NCBI GenBank assembly: GCA_963782055.1
Contig: CAWAIF010000003.1
Span: 4,896,001-4,960,000 of the forward strand
Origin: an uncultured delta proteobacterium
GTDB lineage: Bacteria > Myxococcota_A > Polyangia > Polyangiales > Polyangiaceae
Reading direction: 5' to 3'
Length of the DNA: 64,000 bases
Part shown: piece after piece, positions 18,353-27,071 of the stretch
Numbering within the stretch: the stretch's first letter is position 1
How the letters are laid out: each line of letters opens with the position of its first letter
Made by a program: the position numbers and the translations under genes
Notes under the pieces: generated by a model
What the model saw: only the letters and a program-made list of their open reading frames with translations
Databases searched by the model: none
Told to the model about the DNA's origin: nothing

Positions 18353-19357
18353 GTGATGCACAGGTGGCGATTGGCGGTGGCGGTGGGGGTCCTGTCCGTG
18401 GGGGCAGCGGCCATCGTGGCGTGCGGGCTGGACCAGAACGGCCTGCTGAGTGACGCGGGCGGCATCGACGGCGGCCAGGACGTCGTCACCCAGGACGTCG
18501 TGCTCGACGTGGTCGTGGACGTGCCCACGCCGCCCCCGTGCGGGGATGGCGGGCCGTCTTGCAAGACCACGGCCGTCGGCCGCGACCCGGGGCTCTTCGC
18601 GCTGGACCAGAAGACCGCCTGCCCCCCCGGCTTCAACACGCAGGATCTCGTCATGAACCCCACGGCGCACGACAAGTGCACCTGCCAGTGCGACGATGGC
18701 GGCGCGCCCTCGTGCGATCCGAGCACCGTCGCGATGCACGTCAGCGACGCGGGCGGGTGCACCGGAACCTTCGACCTCACCGCCGACGCGGGGGATGGCG
18801 GCGCGTGCGGGGCCACGAGCGTCAACCTCCCGGACAACGGCTCGGTCAGCTTCGACAAGCCCGCGATGGTGGGCGGCTGCAGCGGCGGCAAGGGCGTCCC
18901 CTCCTCGACGAAGGTCGACGGGACCCCCGCCCGCCTCTGCATTCCGGCCGACTGCACCGAGGCCGTATGCCAGCAGCAGGCCGGCTTCAAGAACTGCCAG
19001 TACCTGCAGGGCAACGTCCTCACCTGCCCGGACGGCTACGACGGCGGCTTCTACCAGGCGATCGTCCCCTCCGGCACGCAGGTGACATGCGAGGGCTGCT
19101 CGTGCAGCGCGAGCGGCGACTGCAACGGCGCCCAGGTCAGCCTCTACAACGACGGCACCTGCCAGGCCGGCGCGGTCAACTTCGGCGCCGACGGCAAGTG
19201 CCACGACATCGACACCGCCCACTCCGGCGCGTTCGGCAGCGTGTCCACCTCGGTCAAGGCGCCGACCAATGTGGCGTGCACGCCGTCCAACGCCACGCCC
19301 GAGGCGGGCGTCGCCTACCCGCAGAACGCCGTCTTCACCGTCTGCTGCAAGCCCTGA
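18353..19357 (+). CDS. Cys-rich lipoprotein, tandem paralog B
   Basis: GGAGG RBS, IVACGLDQNGLL, ends TVCCKP. Confidence 0.85.
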   Translation: MMHRWRLAVAVGVLSVGAAAIVACGLDQNGLLSDAGGIDGGQDVVTQDVVLDVVVDVPTPPPCGDGGPSCKTTAVGRDPGLFALDQKTACPPGFNTQDLVMNPTAHDKCTCQCDDGGAPSCDPSTVAMHVSDAGGCTGTFDLTADAGDGGACGATSVNLPDNGSVSFDKPAMVGGCSGGKGVPSSTKVDGTPARLCIPADCTEAVCQQQAGFKNCQYLQGNVLTCPDGYDGGFYQAIVPSGTQVTCEGCSCSASGDCNGAQVSLYNDGTCQAGAVNFGADGKCHDIDTAHSGAFGSVSTSVKAPTNVACTPSNATPEAGVAYPQNAVFTVCCKP

Positions 19358-19361
19358 GAGG

Positions 19362-20066
19362 ATGCTCGTCGTCATCACCGGCGCCGCGGGCGCCCTGGGC
19401 TCGGCCGTCGTCCGCCGCCTGACGGGGGACGGCCACAAGGTCGCCGGCGTCGACCGGCCGCACGGCAAGGCGCGGCTCGAGGCCCTCGCCGCCGAGATCG
19501 GCCCCGCGCTCCTGCCCCGCGTCGTGGACGAATCGCAGGTCGAGGCGATGAAGGCGGCGATCGCCGAGGTGGAGCGCGCCGCGGGCGAGCCGGTGGCGGG
19601 CGCCGCGCTGGTGGCCGGCGGCTGGCAAGGCGGCCACCCCCTCCACGAGAGCGAGGACAACGTCCTCGACGCGATGATCGACGCCAACCTGGCGACGGTC
19701 TACCGCGCCCTGCGCGCGCTCCTGCCGGGCATGGTGGCGCGCAAGGCGGGGAGCGTCGTGGTCATCGGGTCGCGCAACGCCGAGCGCCCGTGGACGGGCT
19801 CGCGCGCCGCGGCCTACACCGCGAGCAAGGCGGGCGCGGTGGCGCTCGCGCAGGCGGCCGCGGCGGAGGTGCTGGAGCACGGGGTGCGCATCAACGCCAT
19901 CCTGCCGAGCACCATGGACACCCCGTCCAACCGCGCGGCGATGCCCAAGGCGGACCCGGCGCGCTGGGTGGCGACGAGCTCCGCCGCCGCCCTCGTCGCC
20001 TTCCTGCTCTCCGACGAGGCGCGCGACGTCTCGGGCGCGGCCATCCCGATCTACGGCCGGGCCTGA
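19362..20066 (+). CDS. Short-chain dehydrogenase/reductase (SDR)
   Basis: TGAAGALG, YTASK and RINAILP motifs. Confidence 0.9.
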   Translation: MLVVITGAAGALGSAVVRRLTGDGHKVAGVDRPHGKARLEALAAEIGPALLPRVVDESQVEAMKAAIAEVERAAGEPVAGAALVAGGWQGGHPLHESEDNVLDAMIDANLATVYRALRALLPGMVARKAGSVVVIGSRNAERPWTGSRAAAYTASKAGAVALAQAAAAEVLEHGVRINAILPSTMDTPSNRAAMPKADPARWVATSSAAALVAFLLSDEARDVSGAAIPIYGRA

Positions 20067-20128
20067 GCGAGAGCACCAGGCCGCGCTCGCCGGTGGACGG
20101 GCGGCGCGCGAGGGCGTAATCGGACGGG

Positions 20129-22366
20129 ATGCGCATCGTCAGCGTGGGCGGCGGGCCCGCCGCACTTTACTTCGCCATCCTCCGCAAGAAGGCCCACCCG
20201 GAGGACGACATCGTCCTCTACGAGCGCAACCTCCCCTACCAGACCTTCGGCTGGGGCGTCGTCTTCTCCGACGAGACCCTCTCCAACTTCGAGGAGGCGG
20301 ACGAGCCGACCTTCGCCGACATCACCCGGCGCTTCGCGCACTGGACGGACATCGACGTCTTCGTCAAGGGCGAGCGCATCCGCTCGGTGGGCCACGGCTT
20401 CGCCGGCCTGTCGCGCAAGGAGCTGCTGAACATCCTGCAGCACCGCTGCGAGGAGCTCGGCGTACGCCTGGTGTTCGAGAGGGAGATCGACGACGTCGAG
20501 GCCCTGCGCAAGGACGCCGACCTGCTCCTGGGCGCCGACGGGGTGAACAGCAAGGTCCGTGCACTCTACAAAGATCACTTCCGCCCCTCGGTGGACGTCC
20601 GCGAGTGCAAGTACATCTGGCTGGGGACCGATCTGCACTTCGACGCCTTCACCTTCGTCTTCGAGAAGAACGAGCACGGCATCTTCCAGGTCCACGGCTA
20701 CCCCTTCGACGACGCGCGCTCCACCTTCATCGTGGAGTGCGACGAGGCCTCGTGGCGCGCCGCGGGCCTGGACCGCGCCAGCACCGAGGAGAGCGTCGCC
20801 TACCTGCAGAAGCTCTACGCCCCCTACCTGAAGGGGCACGCGCTGCTCACCAACAAGTCGACGTGGATCAACTTCCCCACGGTCAAGAACGAGCGGTGGC
20901 ACCACCAGAACGTGGTGCTCATGGGCGACGCGGTGCGCACCGCGCACTTCTCCATCGGCTCGGGCACCAAGCTGGCGATGGAGGACGCCATCGCGCTGGC
21001 GCAGGCGATGGAGGAGCACCCGGAGCTCCCGGACGCCCTCGAGGCCTACGAGGCGGTGCGCAAGGACATCTCGGCGCGCACGCAGAAGGCGGCGCAGGAC
21101 AGCCTGCTCTTCTTCGAGAACGTGAAGCGCTACCACGACGTGCAGACCCCGCTGGAGTTCTCCTTCAACCTGCTCACCCGGAGCAAGCGCATCACCTGGG
21201 ACAACCTGAAGGAGCGCGATCCGGAGCTGGTGGCGCGCGTCGCGGCCGAGTGGAACGCGAAGCAGGGCGTGGCCGACCCGACGAGGCCCCCCATGTTCGC
21301 GCCGTACCGCCTGCGGGAGCTGGAGCTGCCCAACCGCGTCGTCGTCTCCCCCATGTGCATGTATTCTGCAAAGGACGGCCTCCCCGACGACTTCCACCTG
21401 GTGCACCTGGGGTCGCGCGCGCTGGGCGGCGCGGGCCTGGTCTTCACCGAGATGACCGACGTCTCCGCCGACGCGCGCATCACCCCCGGCTGCGCGGGCA
21501 TGTACACCGAGGAGCACCAGCGCGCGTGGGAGCGCATCGTGCGCTTCGTCCACGAGCGCAGCCCGGCCAGGATCGGGATGCAGCTCGGGCACGCCGGGCG
21601 CAAGGGGGCCACCAGGCTGATGTGGGACGGCATGGACCAGCCGCTGGAGTCGGGTGGGTGGCCTCTGCTCTCGGCGTCGGCCATTCCCTACTACCCCCAC
21701 TCGCAGGTGCCGAAGGCGATGGACCGGGCGGACATGGACCGCGTGACGGCCGACTACGTCGCCGCCGCGAGGCGCGCGATCGCCGCCGGGTTCGACATGC
21801 TGGAGATCCACATGGCGCACGGCTACCTGCTGGCGAGCTTCCTCTCGCCGCTCACCAACCTGCGCACCGACGAGTACGGCGGCGACCTGACCAGGCGCGC
21901 GCGCTGGCCGCTGGAGGTCTTCGACGCGGTGCGCGCGGTGTGGCCGGCGGAGCGGCCTATGAGCGTGCGCCTCTCGGCGGTGGACTGGCAGGACGGCGGC
22001 ATGAGCGAACAGGACTCGGTGGAGGTGGCGCGGCTGCTGAAGGCGCGCGGCTGCGACGTCATCAACGTGTCGTCCGGGCAGACGACGCCGATGGCGCAGC
22101 CCATCTTCGGGCGCATGTGGCAGACGCGCTTCGCCGACCGGATCCGGCACGAGGCGGAGATGCCGGTGATCGCGGTGGGCAACATCGTGGGGGCGGACCA
22201 CTGCAACACCATCCTCGCCGCGGGCCGGGCGGACCTCTGCGCGCTGGCGCGGCCGCACCTGTTCGACCCGGCGTTCACGCTGCACGCGGCGGCGGCGCAG
22301 GAAGTGGACGTGTGGTGGCCCACGCCGTACGCGCCGGGCAAGCCGATCTTGAAGCCGAAGACCTGA
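20129..22366 (+). CDS. Bifunctional salicylyl-CoA 5-hydroxylase / anthraniloyl-CoA monooxygenase-reductase family protein
   Basis: FAD monooxygenase half (GGGPA, TFGWGVVFSD, GDA..TAHFSIGSGTKLAMED) fused to an OYE-type half (SPMCMYS, HMAHGYLL, RTDEYGG). Confidence 0.92.
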   Translation: MRIVSVGGGPAALYFAILRKKAHPEDDIVLYERNLPYQTFGWGVVFSDETLSNFEEADEPTFADITRRFAHWTDIDVFVKGERIRSVGHGFAGLSRKELLNILQHRCEELGVRLVFEREIDDVEALRKDADLLLGADGVNSKVRALYKDHFRPSVDVRECKYIWLGTDLHFDAFTFVFEKNEHGIFQVHGYPFDDARSTFIVECDEASWRAAGLDRASTEESVAYLQKLYAPYLKGHALLTNKSTWINFPTVKNERWHHQNVVLMGDAVRTAHFSIGSGTKLAMEDAIALAQAMEEHPELPDALEAYEAVRKDISARTQKAAQDSLLFFENVKRYHDVQTPLEFSFNLLTRSKRITWDNLKERDPELVARVAAEWNAKQGVADPTRPPMFAPYRLRELELPNRVVVSPMCMYSAKDGLPDDFHLVHLGSRALGGAGLVFTEMTDVSADARITPGCAGMYTEEHQRAWERIVRFVHERSPARIGMQLGHAGRKGATRLMWDGMDQPLESGGWPLLSASAIPYYPHSQVPKAMDRADMDRVTADYVAAARRAIAAGFDMLEIHMAHGYLLASFLSPLTNLRTDEYGGDLTRRARWPLEVFDAVRAVWPAERPMSVRLSAVDWQDGGMSEQDSVEVARLLKARGCDVINVSSGQTTPMAQPIFGRMWQTRFADRIRHEAEMPVIAVGNIVGADHCNTILAAGRADLCALARPHLFDPAFTLHAAAAQEVDVWWPTPYAPGKPILKPKT

Positions 22367-22411
22367 ATCCAGACGCGGGAAGGCCATCCGGCCGGGCGCC
22401 GTACGAGGGGT

Positions 22412-22951
22412 GTGCCCTGCCGGTTCCCCGCCGAAGACGCGTGCGCACGCCTCGGTCTCCTCCTCGCCCTGGCGCTGGTGTCATGTCGGCCCGGGCAGGG
22501 CGGCGCTCTGCACTCGGGCCCGGAGCCTGACCCCGCGGCGAGCGGGAGCGCTCACGCACCGGTGGCGGCATCGGGGCCTGTCGACGCCTCCGCGGCCGAG
22601 GGGTCGGACGCCGCGCGCGCCATCAATCCGTGCTCGAGGGACTCCGGCGTGACAGGCGAGAAGGTCTTCGTGGGTGTGCTCCTCGGGACAAGGGACCAGC
22701 GTCACGAGCGGACGTACCGTTTTCGGCCGATCGTCGGTCTGCGCGGGGTCACCTCGGGCGACGAGGTCCGCGTCGTCGCCCACATCGGGGCCCCTCGAGA
22801 CCTCGCGCGACATCGCGTGGTACGGAGCGCCGTGCTGGCGCGACGCGGACGCCTCGAGCGCCTTGCTCGCGAGGCGCGTCTCCTCCGTCAACGAGCGGCC
22901 GTCTTCCATGGTCACCACGAACACACGGTCCCCCACGCCGAAGTCGAGTAG
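22412..22951 (+). CDS. Possible degenerate lipoprotein gene
   Basis: LGLLLALALVSC signal and a VFVG..YRF..LRG..EVRV segment. The start is poor and the C-terminus looks frameshifted. Confidence 0.35.
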   Translation: MPCRFPAEDACARLGLLLALALVSCRPGQGGALHSGPEPDPAASGSAHAPVAASGPVDASAAEGSDAARAINPCSRDSGVTGEKVFVGVLLGTRDQRHERTYRFRPIVGLRGVTSGDEVRVVAHIGAPRDLARHRVVRSAVLARRGRLERLAREARLLRQRAAVFHGHHEHTVPHAEVE

Positions 22952-22995
22952 CGCAGGTCCGAACCGTACCGCCCGAAGACGACGCGCCGCGGCCT

Positions 22996-23586
22996 TCACC
23001 GCGTCCCGGCGGCGCTCTCCTCGGTCGAGAGCATCATGGCCAGCAGCGTCTCGTCGCACGCGGGCGCCCCTTCGATGTGGAGCACCCGCCACCCGACGCC
23101 GGGATCGTTGCGGTACCCGCGGAAGCTGCACCCCCTGTCACGCATGCCGTGCGGCCCGGGCCACCACGACACGATGTAGCCGTCGTAGCCGGCGATGGAG
23201 ACGCGCGCCACCGGGTCCTGCGTCCAGAGCTCGGAGACGCCCTCCTCCTGGTCGCTCGGGTTGCACGTGTCGGTGCGCGGGGTGCGCGCCCACATCGCTC
23301 CTGGCCCGGCCACCCTGCAGACGCTCCAGGTGATGCGGTGGACGTCGTCCGAGCACGCGGTGCCGAAGCCATCGCGACACGAGAGGCTCGCAGGGACGCG
23401 CGCGGTGAGGCCGGCGGGGCCCAGCGCCGCCACCTTCGGCAGCGATCGGGCGGCGCTCCGGGCGCGCCACAGCGTGGGGCTAGGCTGCAGTCCGTACCGG
23501 AGCAGCACCCCGGACCACCAGGCCGCCCCCAGCCCGACCAGGGCCGCGGCGACGCCGGCGACGACGACGACGCGCCTCCACCTCAC
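22996..23586 (-). CDS. Hypothetical membrane-anchored Cys-containing protein
   Basis: GTG overlaps the upstream TGA (GTGA). N-terminal TM RRVVVVAGVAAALVGLGAAWW. Confidence 0.6.
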   Translation of the reverse strand: MRWRRVVVVAGVAAALVGLGAAWWSGVLLRYGLQPSPTLWRARSAARSLPKVAALGPAGLTARVPASLSCRDGFGTACSDDVHRITWSVCRVAGPGAMWARTPRTDTCNPSDQEEGVSELWTQDPVARVSIAGYDGYIVSWWPGPHGMRDRGCSFRGYRNDPGVGWRVLHIEGAPACDETLLAMMLSTEESAAGTR

Positions 23587-25085
23587 CCCGCCTCGAAGCA
23601 AAACCCCCGCGCCTCGCCGGTGAAGGCGCGCCGTGACGCGGCGTGCGTGTAGAACATGTGGCCGCCGGCGAAGTGGCGCGTGCGGATCTGCCCGGCCTGC
23701 GACGGCGCCAGCTTCATCAGCCGGACCAGGCGCTCCGCCGACGAGTACGGCGTGACCAGATCGTAGAAGCCGTGGCTGATGAGCACCCGCATGGCAGGGT
23801 TGAGCGCCATGCCGTAGCGCAGGTCGTCCAGCGATCCCGGCGCCTGGCTGAGCATGTGCTCGAGGCCGTCGTCCCGCCACGCCTGGTTGGCCTCCATGTT
23901 GAGCAGGACGTACTCGAGGTCCGTCTTCACGCCGAGGTGCTCGCGCAGGTGGGCGTTGATGCCGGCGGTGAAGAGACGTGTCGAGCCCTGCAGCGTCGGG
24001 TCGGGCCCGGCGTACGCCTGCCGGTCGGGGAAGGGGTCGACCGCGGTGATGGACGCGTCGTACATGCCGACGTAGCGGCGGCTGGATCGCAGCAGCGCGC
24101 GGCAGAACTGCTCGCGCGTGATGCGGCCGAGGGCGGCGTGGATCATGGCGTCGGGCAGGCCGATGAGCGCGGCGGCGCGCTCGCAGACCTGGTGGCGGCG
24201 CGCCTCCGGCATGCGGTCGCCCTGGGCGAGCATGCTGACCCACTCCCCGACGGCGAACGCCTCGGCGGCGGCCAGGTGATCGGCGAGGGCGGTGCCGCCC
24301 CCGGCGAGCCCGTGGACGTGGGCGGCCGCCGCGAAGGCGGGCAGCATCTCCACCCAGTGCTCCATGTCGTAGTCGGTGCCGTCCAGGGCCGCGAGCTCGA
24401 TGCCCGGGGAGATGAGGATCGCCGCGTTGAGCCCCACGCCGAAGTCCTCCTGCAGCGCGCGGGCGAGGCGGCCGACGCGGAAGCCGCCGTAGCTCTCCCC
24501 GGCGATCGCGACGGGGGAGCGCCACCGCCCGTGCGTGGTGAGGACGCGGCAGATGAACTGCCCGACCGACTCGATGTCGCGCTTGACCCGCCAGAACTCG
24601 CTCGGCTTCGGCTTCTCCTCCCCCTTGCCCTTCTTGTCGGCGCGCTCGTCGTCGTGCTCGTGCGAGCGCGAGAAGCCGGTGCCGACGGGATCGACGCAGA
24701 CGATGTCGGTGAAGGCGAGCCAGCTCTCCGGGTTGTCGGCCAGGCGCACTGGCGGCGCGGGCGTCGCGCCGTCGTCGCCGACGACCACGCGCGTCGGGCC
24801 GATGGCGCCCATGTGCAGGTACGCCGACGCGGCCCCGGGGCCGCCGTTGAAGACGAAGGTGAGCGGCCGCCGCGCGGGGTCGGCGTCGGCGGCGAAGTAG
24901 CCGGTGTAGAACATGCTCGCGATCGGCTCGTCGTGCTTCTGCAGGACGATCCAGTCGGCGACCGCGCGGTAGCGGAGCGTGCCGCCGGCGAGCGCGAGCT
25001 CCCGCTCGACCTGGGCGCCGGTCCCCAGGGAGCGGACGGACTTGGTGTCGGGGGTCTTGGTGGGCTCCGGGGTGGGCTCGCTCAT
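23583..25085 (-). CDS. Serine carboxypeptidase (peptidase S10)
   Basis: FNGGPG..S, DPVGTGFS, GESYGG, GFYDLVTP and GGHMFY motifs. Confidence 0.92.
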   Translation of the reverse strand: MSEPTPEPTKTPDTKSVRSLGTGAQVERELALAGGTLRYRAVADWIVLQKHDEPIASMFYTGYFAADADPARRPLTFVFNGGPGAASAYLHMGAIGPTRVVVGDDGATPAPPVRLADNPESWLAFTDIVCVDPVGTGFSRSHEHDDERADKKGKGEEKPKPSEFWRVKRDIESVGQFICRVLTTHGRWRSPVAIAGESYGGFRVGRLARALQEDFGVGLNAAILISPGIELAALDGTDYDMEHWVEMLPAFAAAAHVHGLAGGGTALADHLAAAEAFAVGEWVSMLAQGDRMPEARRHQVCERAAALIGLPDAMIHAALGRITREQFCRALLRSSRRYVGMYDASITAVDPFPDRQAYAGPDPTLQGSTRLFTAGINAHLREHLGVKTDLEYVLLNMEANQAWRDDGLEHMLSQAPGSLDDLRYGMALNPAMRVLISHGFYDLVTPYSSAERLVRLMKLAPSQAGQIRTRHFAGGHMFYTHAASRRAFTGEARGFCFEAG

Positions 25086-25178
25086 CGCCGAAGGCATACC
25101 ACGCGACGGCGGCGCGGCCGCCGTCATCGGCGGGCAGACCGCGCACCGCGCCCCGCGGCCGGCGCGTACGCGCTCACC

Positions 25179-25457
25179 TCATTGCGAGCCGCGCGTCGTA
25201 TCCGACGCCTCGCACACGGCGATGATGAGACTCACGAGCGCGTAGATGATGGTGACGCCTACCACGAGGTTGCAGACAGCGAGCACGACGTACCCGATGA
25301 CGCCGTTCAACCGCCCGCTCAGCACAATCGGCAGCACGATCATCGCCAGGAGCGTCAGGATGTCCCCGACGCCGTGGCCGAACGCTCCCCGAACCGTACG
25401 GTGCGGCAGAGCCCCCTCCTCCTTCGCGCGCGGGGCGGGCTGACGGTAGGGACTCAT
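25179..25457 (-). CDS. Small two-TM membrane protein
   Basis: ATGA overlap with the upstream gene. MSPYR N-terminus and two hydrophobic helices. Confidence 0.6.
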   Translation of the reverse strand: MSPYRQPAPRAKEEGALPHRTVRGAFGHGVGDILTLLAMIVLPIVLSGRLNGVIGYVVLAVCNLVVGVTIIYALVSLIIAVCEASDTTRGSQ

Positions 25458-26365
25458 CGCGCCACCCCCGAGTCATCCGCGGCCTTCGAAGTCAGAGGTG
25501 GTGCGGCAGGGGCGTTCGCCGCGGGCGCCGCGCACCCGCCGAACTCGAACGGCCCGAGGCCGAAACGATCGCAGAACTGGCCATCCGGCGTGATCCCCAG
25601 CGAGACGTCCACGCCCGCTCCGACGCCGACCCCTCCGGTGACGCTCCCGTTCCCCTCCTCCCGCTTGGTCGCCTCGCCGGACGCGGCGGTGACCTGGACC
25701 GCGAGGTGCACCCCCCTGCTGCCATCGTCGTTGACGTACCCCAGCGATGCCTTGGCGCCCCCCACCTCCAGGGAGCTCCCACCCGACGGATCGGAGGACT
25801 TCATGCGAAACGCGCGGATGGCGATCTCGTTGTTGCCGCCGGCGCTCGCGCTCACCGCGCCAATCTCCAGCGAGCCGTCCTTCGCGCCCAGCGCGACCGC
25901 CTTCGCGTGTGCGGAGCCGTTCTCCACGCCGGCGGATGCCCGCGGCGCGAGCGTGTCCGGCTTGGGTGCGGGCGGCGCCGGCGGTCGCTGCGGCGCCATG
26001 TCCTTGCGCCGCTGGTACTCGGCCTCCAGCTTGCCGAGCATCGCCTGGTCGACGTCCTTGCCCGAGTAGTCGCCGGAGTGAAGCAGCTTCTTCTGCAGGG
26101 TGTCCACCCGCCTCCCGAGCTCCCTCCAGCTCAGGGCGTCGAGCGCCGGGCCATCCCCCCCGCTGCGGGCTCCCATGTTCTTGGCGAGCTCGCGGTAGGA
26201 GAGGTCGGGGATGATGCACGGCGCGTGGGACGGATCCCGCTCGCAGTCACCCTCCTTCTCGGTCGAGACGAGAGGTTGCGCGCCGCACACGCCGGTCTTC
26301 TCGTCGCACGTGGGATCTTCGTAGGTGGTCTGGGCGGTGCGGGCGCCGCGGATGGGGTCGGGCAT
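25454..26365 (-). CDS. Hypothetical protein with a Gly-rich beta C-terminal domain
   Basis: 303-aa ORF with no signal peptide and an internal LS[YW]REL duplication. Confidence 0.65.
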   Translation of the reverse strand: MPDPIRGARTAQTTYEDPTCDEKTGVCGAQPLVSTEKEGDCERDPSHAPCIIPDLSYRELAKNMGARSGGDGPALDALSWRELGRRVDTLQKKLLHSGDYSGKDVDQAMLGKLEAEYQRRKDMAPQRPPAPPAPKPDTLAPRASAGVENGSAHAKAVALGAKDGSLEIGAVSASAGGNNEIAIRAFRMKSSDPSGGSSLEVGGAKASLGYVNDDGSRGVHLAVQVTAASGEATKREEGNGSVTGGVGVGAGVDVSLGITPDGQFCDRFGLGPFEFGGCAAPAANAPAAPPLTSKAADDSGVAR

Positions 26366-26500
26366 GCGCGCCCATCGGCTCGGGCGCCCGGCGGGTTGCG
26401 ACCTGACGAATCGGCACGATGCGCTGGATCACGCTGCCACCGTGTCGCTCACCCGCCGCGCGCACCACCCATCGCGCGCGATCTCGCCAGCCTCTGCCCG

Positions 26501-26514
26501 GGCACGCCCCTTGC
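26501..26514 (+). promoter_or_regulatory. Putative sigma54 promoter GGCAC-GCCCC-TTGC
   Basis: Near-consensus -24/-12 site about 40 nt upstream of ATG 26554. Confidence 0.65.
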
Positions 26515-26553
26515 GATGAGCCGCGCCCACACCATTCAAAGGAGGCACTTGCC

Positions 26554-27012
26554 ATGATCTCGACTCGCATCGTCCCCCTCGCCGCGCTCGGTTTCTTCCT
26601 GCTCGGTCCGAGCTGCGCGCCATCGGTGAGGAGCGCCCTCGCCGCCGCGCCGCACCCGGCGCAGTCACCTCGGGTCCCCGCCGTGGCGCGGAGCGTGGAG
26701 GTGGAGATCACCGACACGCCGCACGGCGGCGCCGCGAGGACCTCCCACTACGCCATGGCGATGGTGGACGACACCGGCTGGTCGCGCATCAGCGCGCGCC
26801 TCGGGACGGAGCGCCTCCTTCTTCAGGCGCGCTCCGACCGCGGGACCAGGTCCGGCGCCGTCGTCCGCGTGGAGGTGCATCGCTCCGACATGAACGGCTC
26901 CGACCTGGACCTGGAGGAGTCCACCGTCTTCTTCGCCGGGCGCCGCTCCGTCCTGGGGCACCTGGACCGCCCCGACGGCAGCGCGACGGAGGTCGCCATC
27001 GTGACGCGCTAG
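26554..27012 (+). CDS. Hypothetical secreted/lipoprotein
   Basis: AAAGGAGG RBS and signal MISTRIVPLAALGFFLLGPSC. Confidence 0.75.
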   Translation: MISTRIVPLAALGFFLLGPSCAPSVRSALAAAPHPAQSPRVPAVARSVEVEITDTPHGGAARTSHYAMAMVDDTGWSRISARLGTERLLLQARSDRGTRSGAVVRVEVHRSDMNGSDLDLEESTVFFAGRRSVLGHLDRPDGSATEVAIVTR

Positions 27013-27071
27013 GACGTGGTTGACGAAGCGCCCGCCGTCCCTCAACGTGGAAGTCAGCCACGGAGGGTTCG

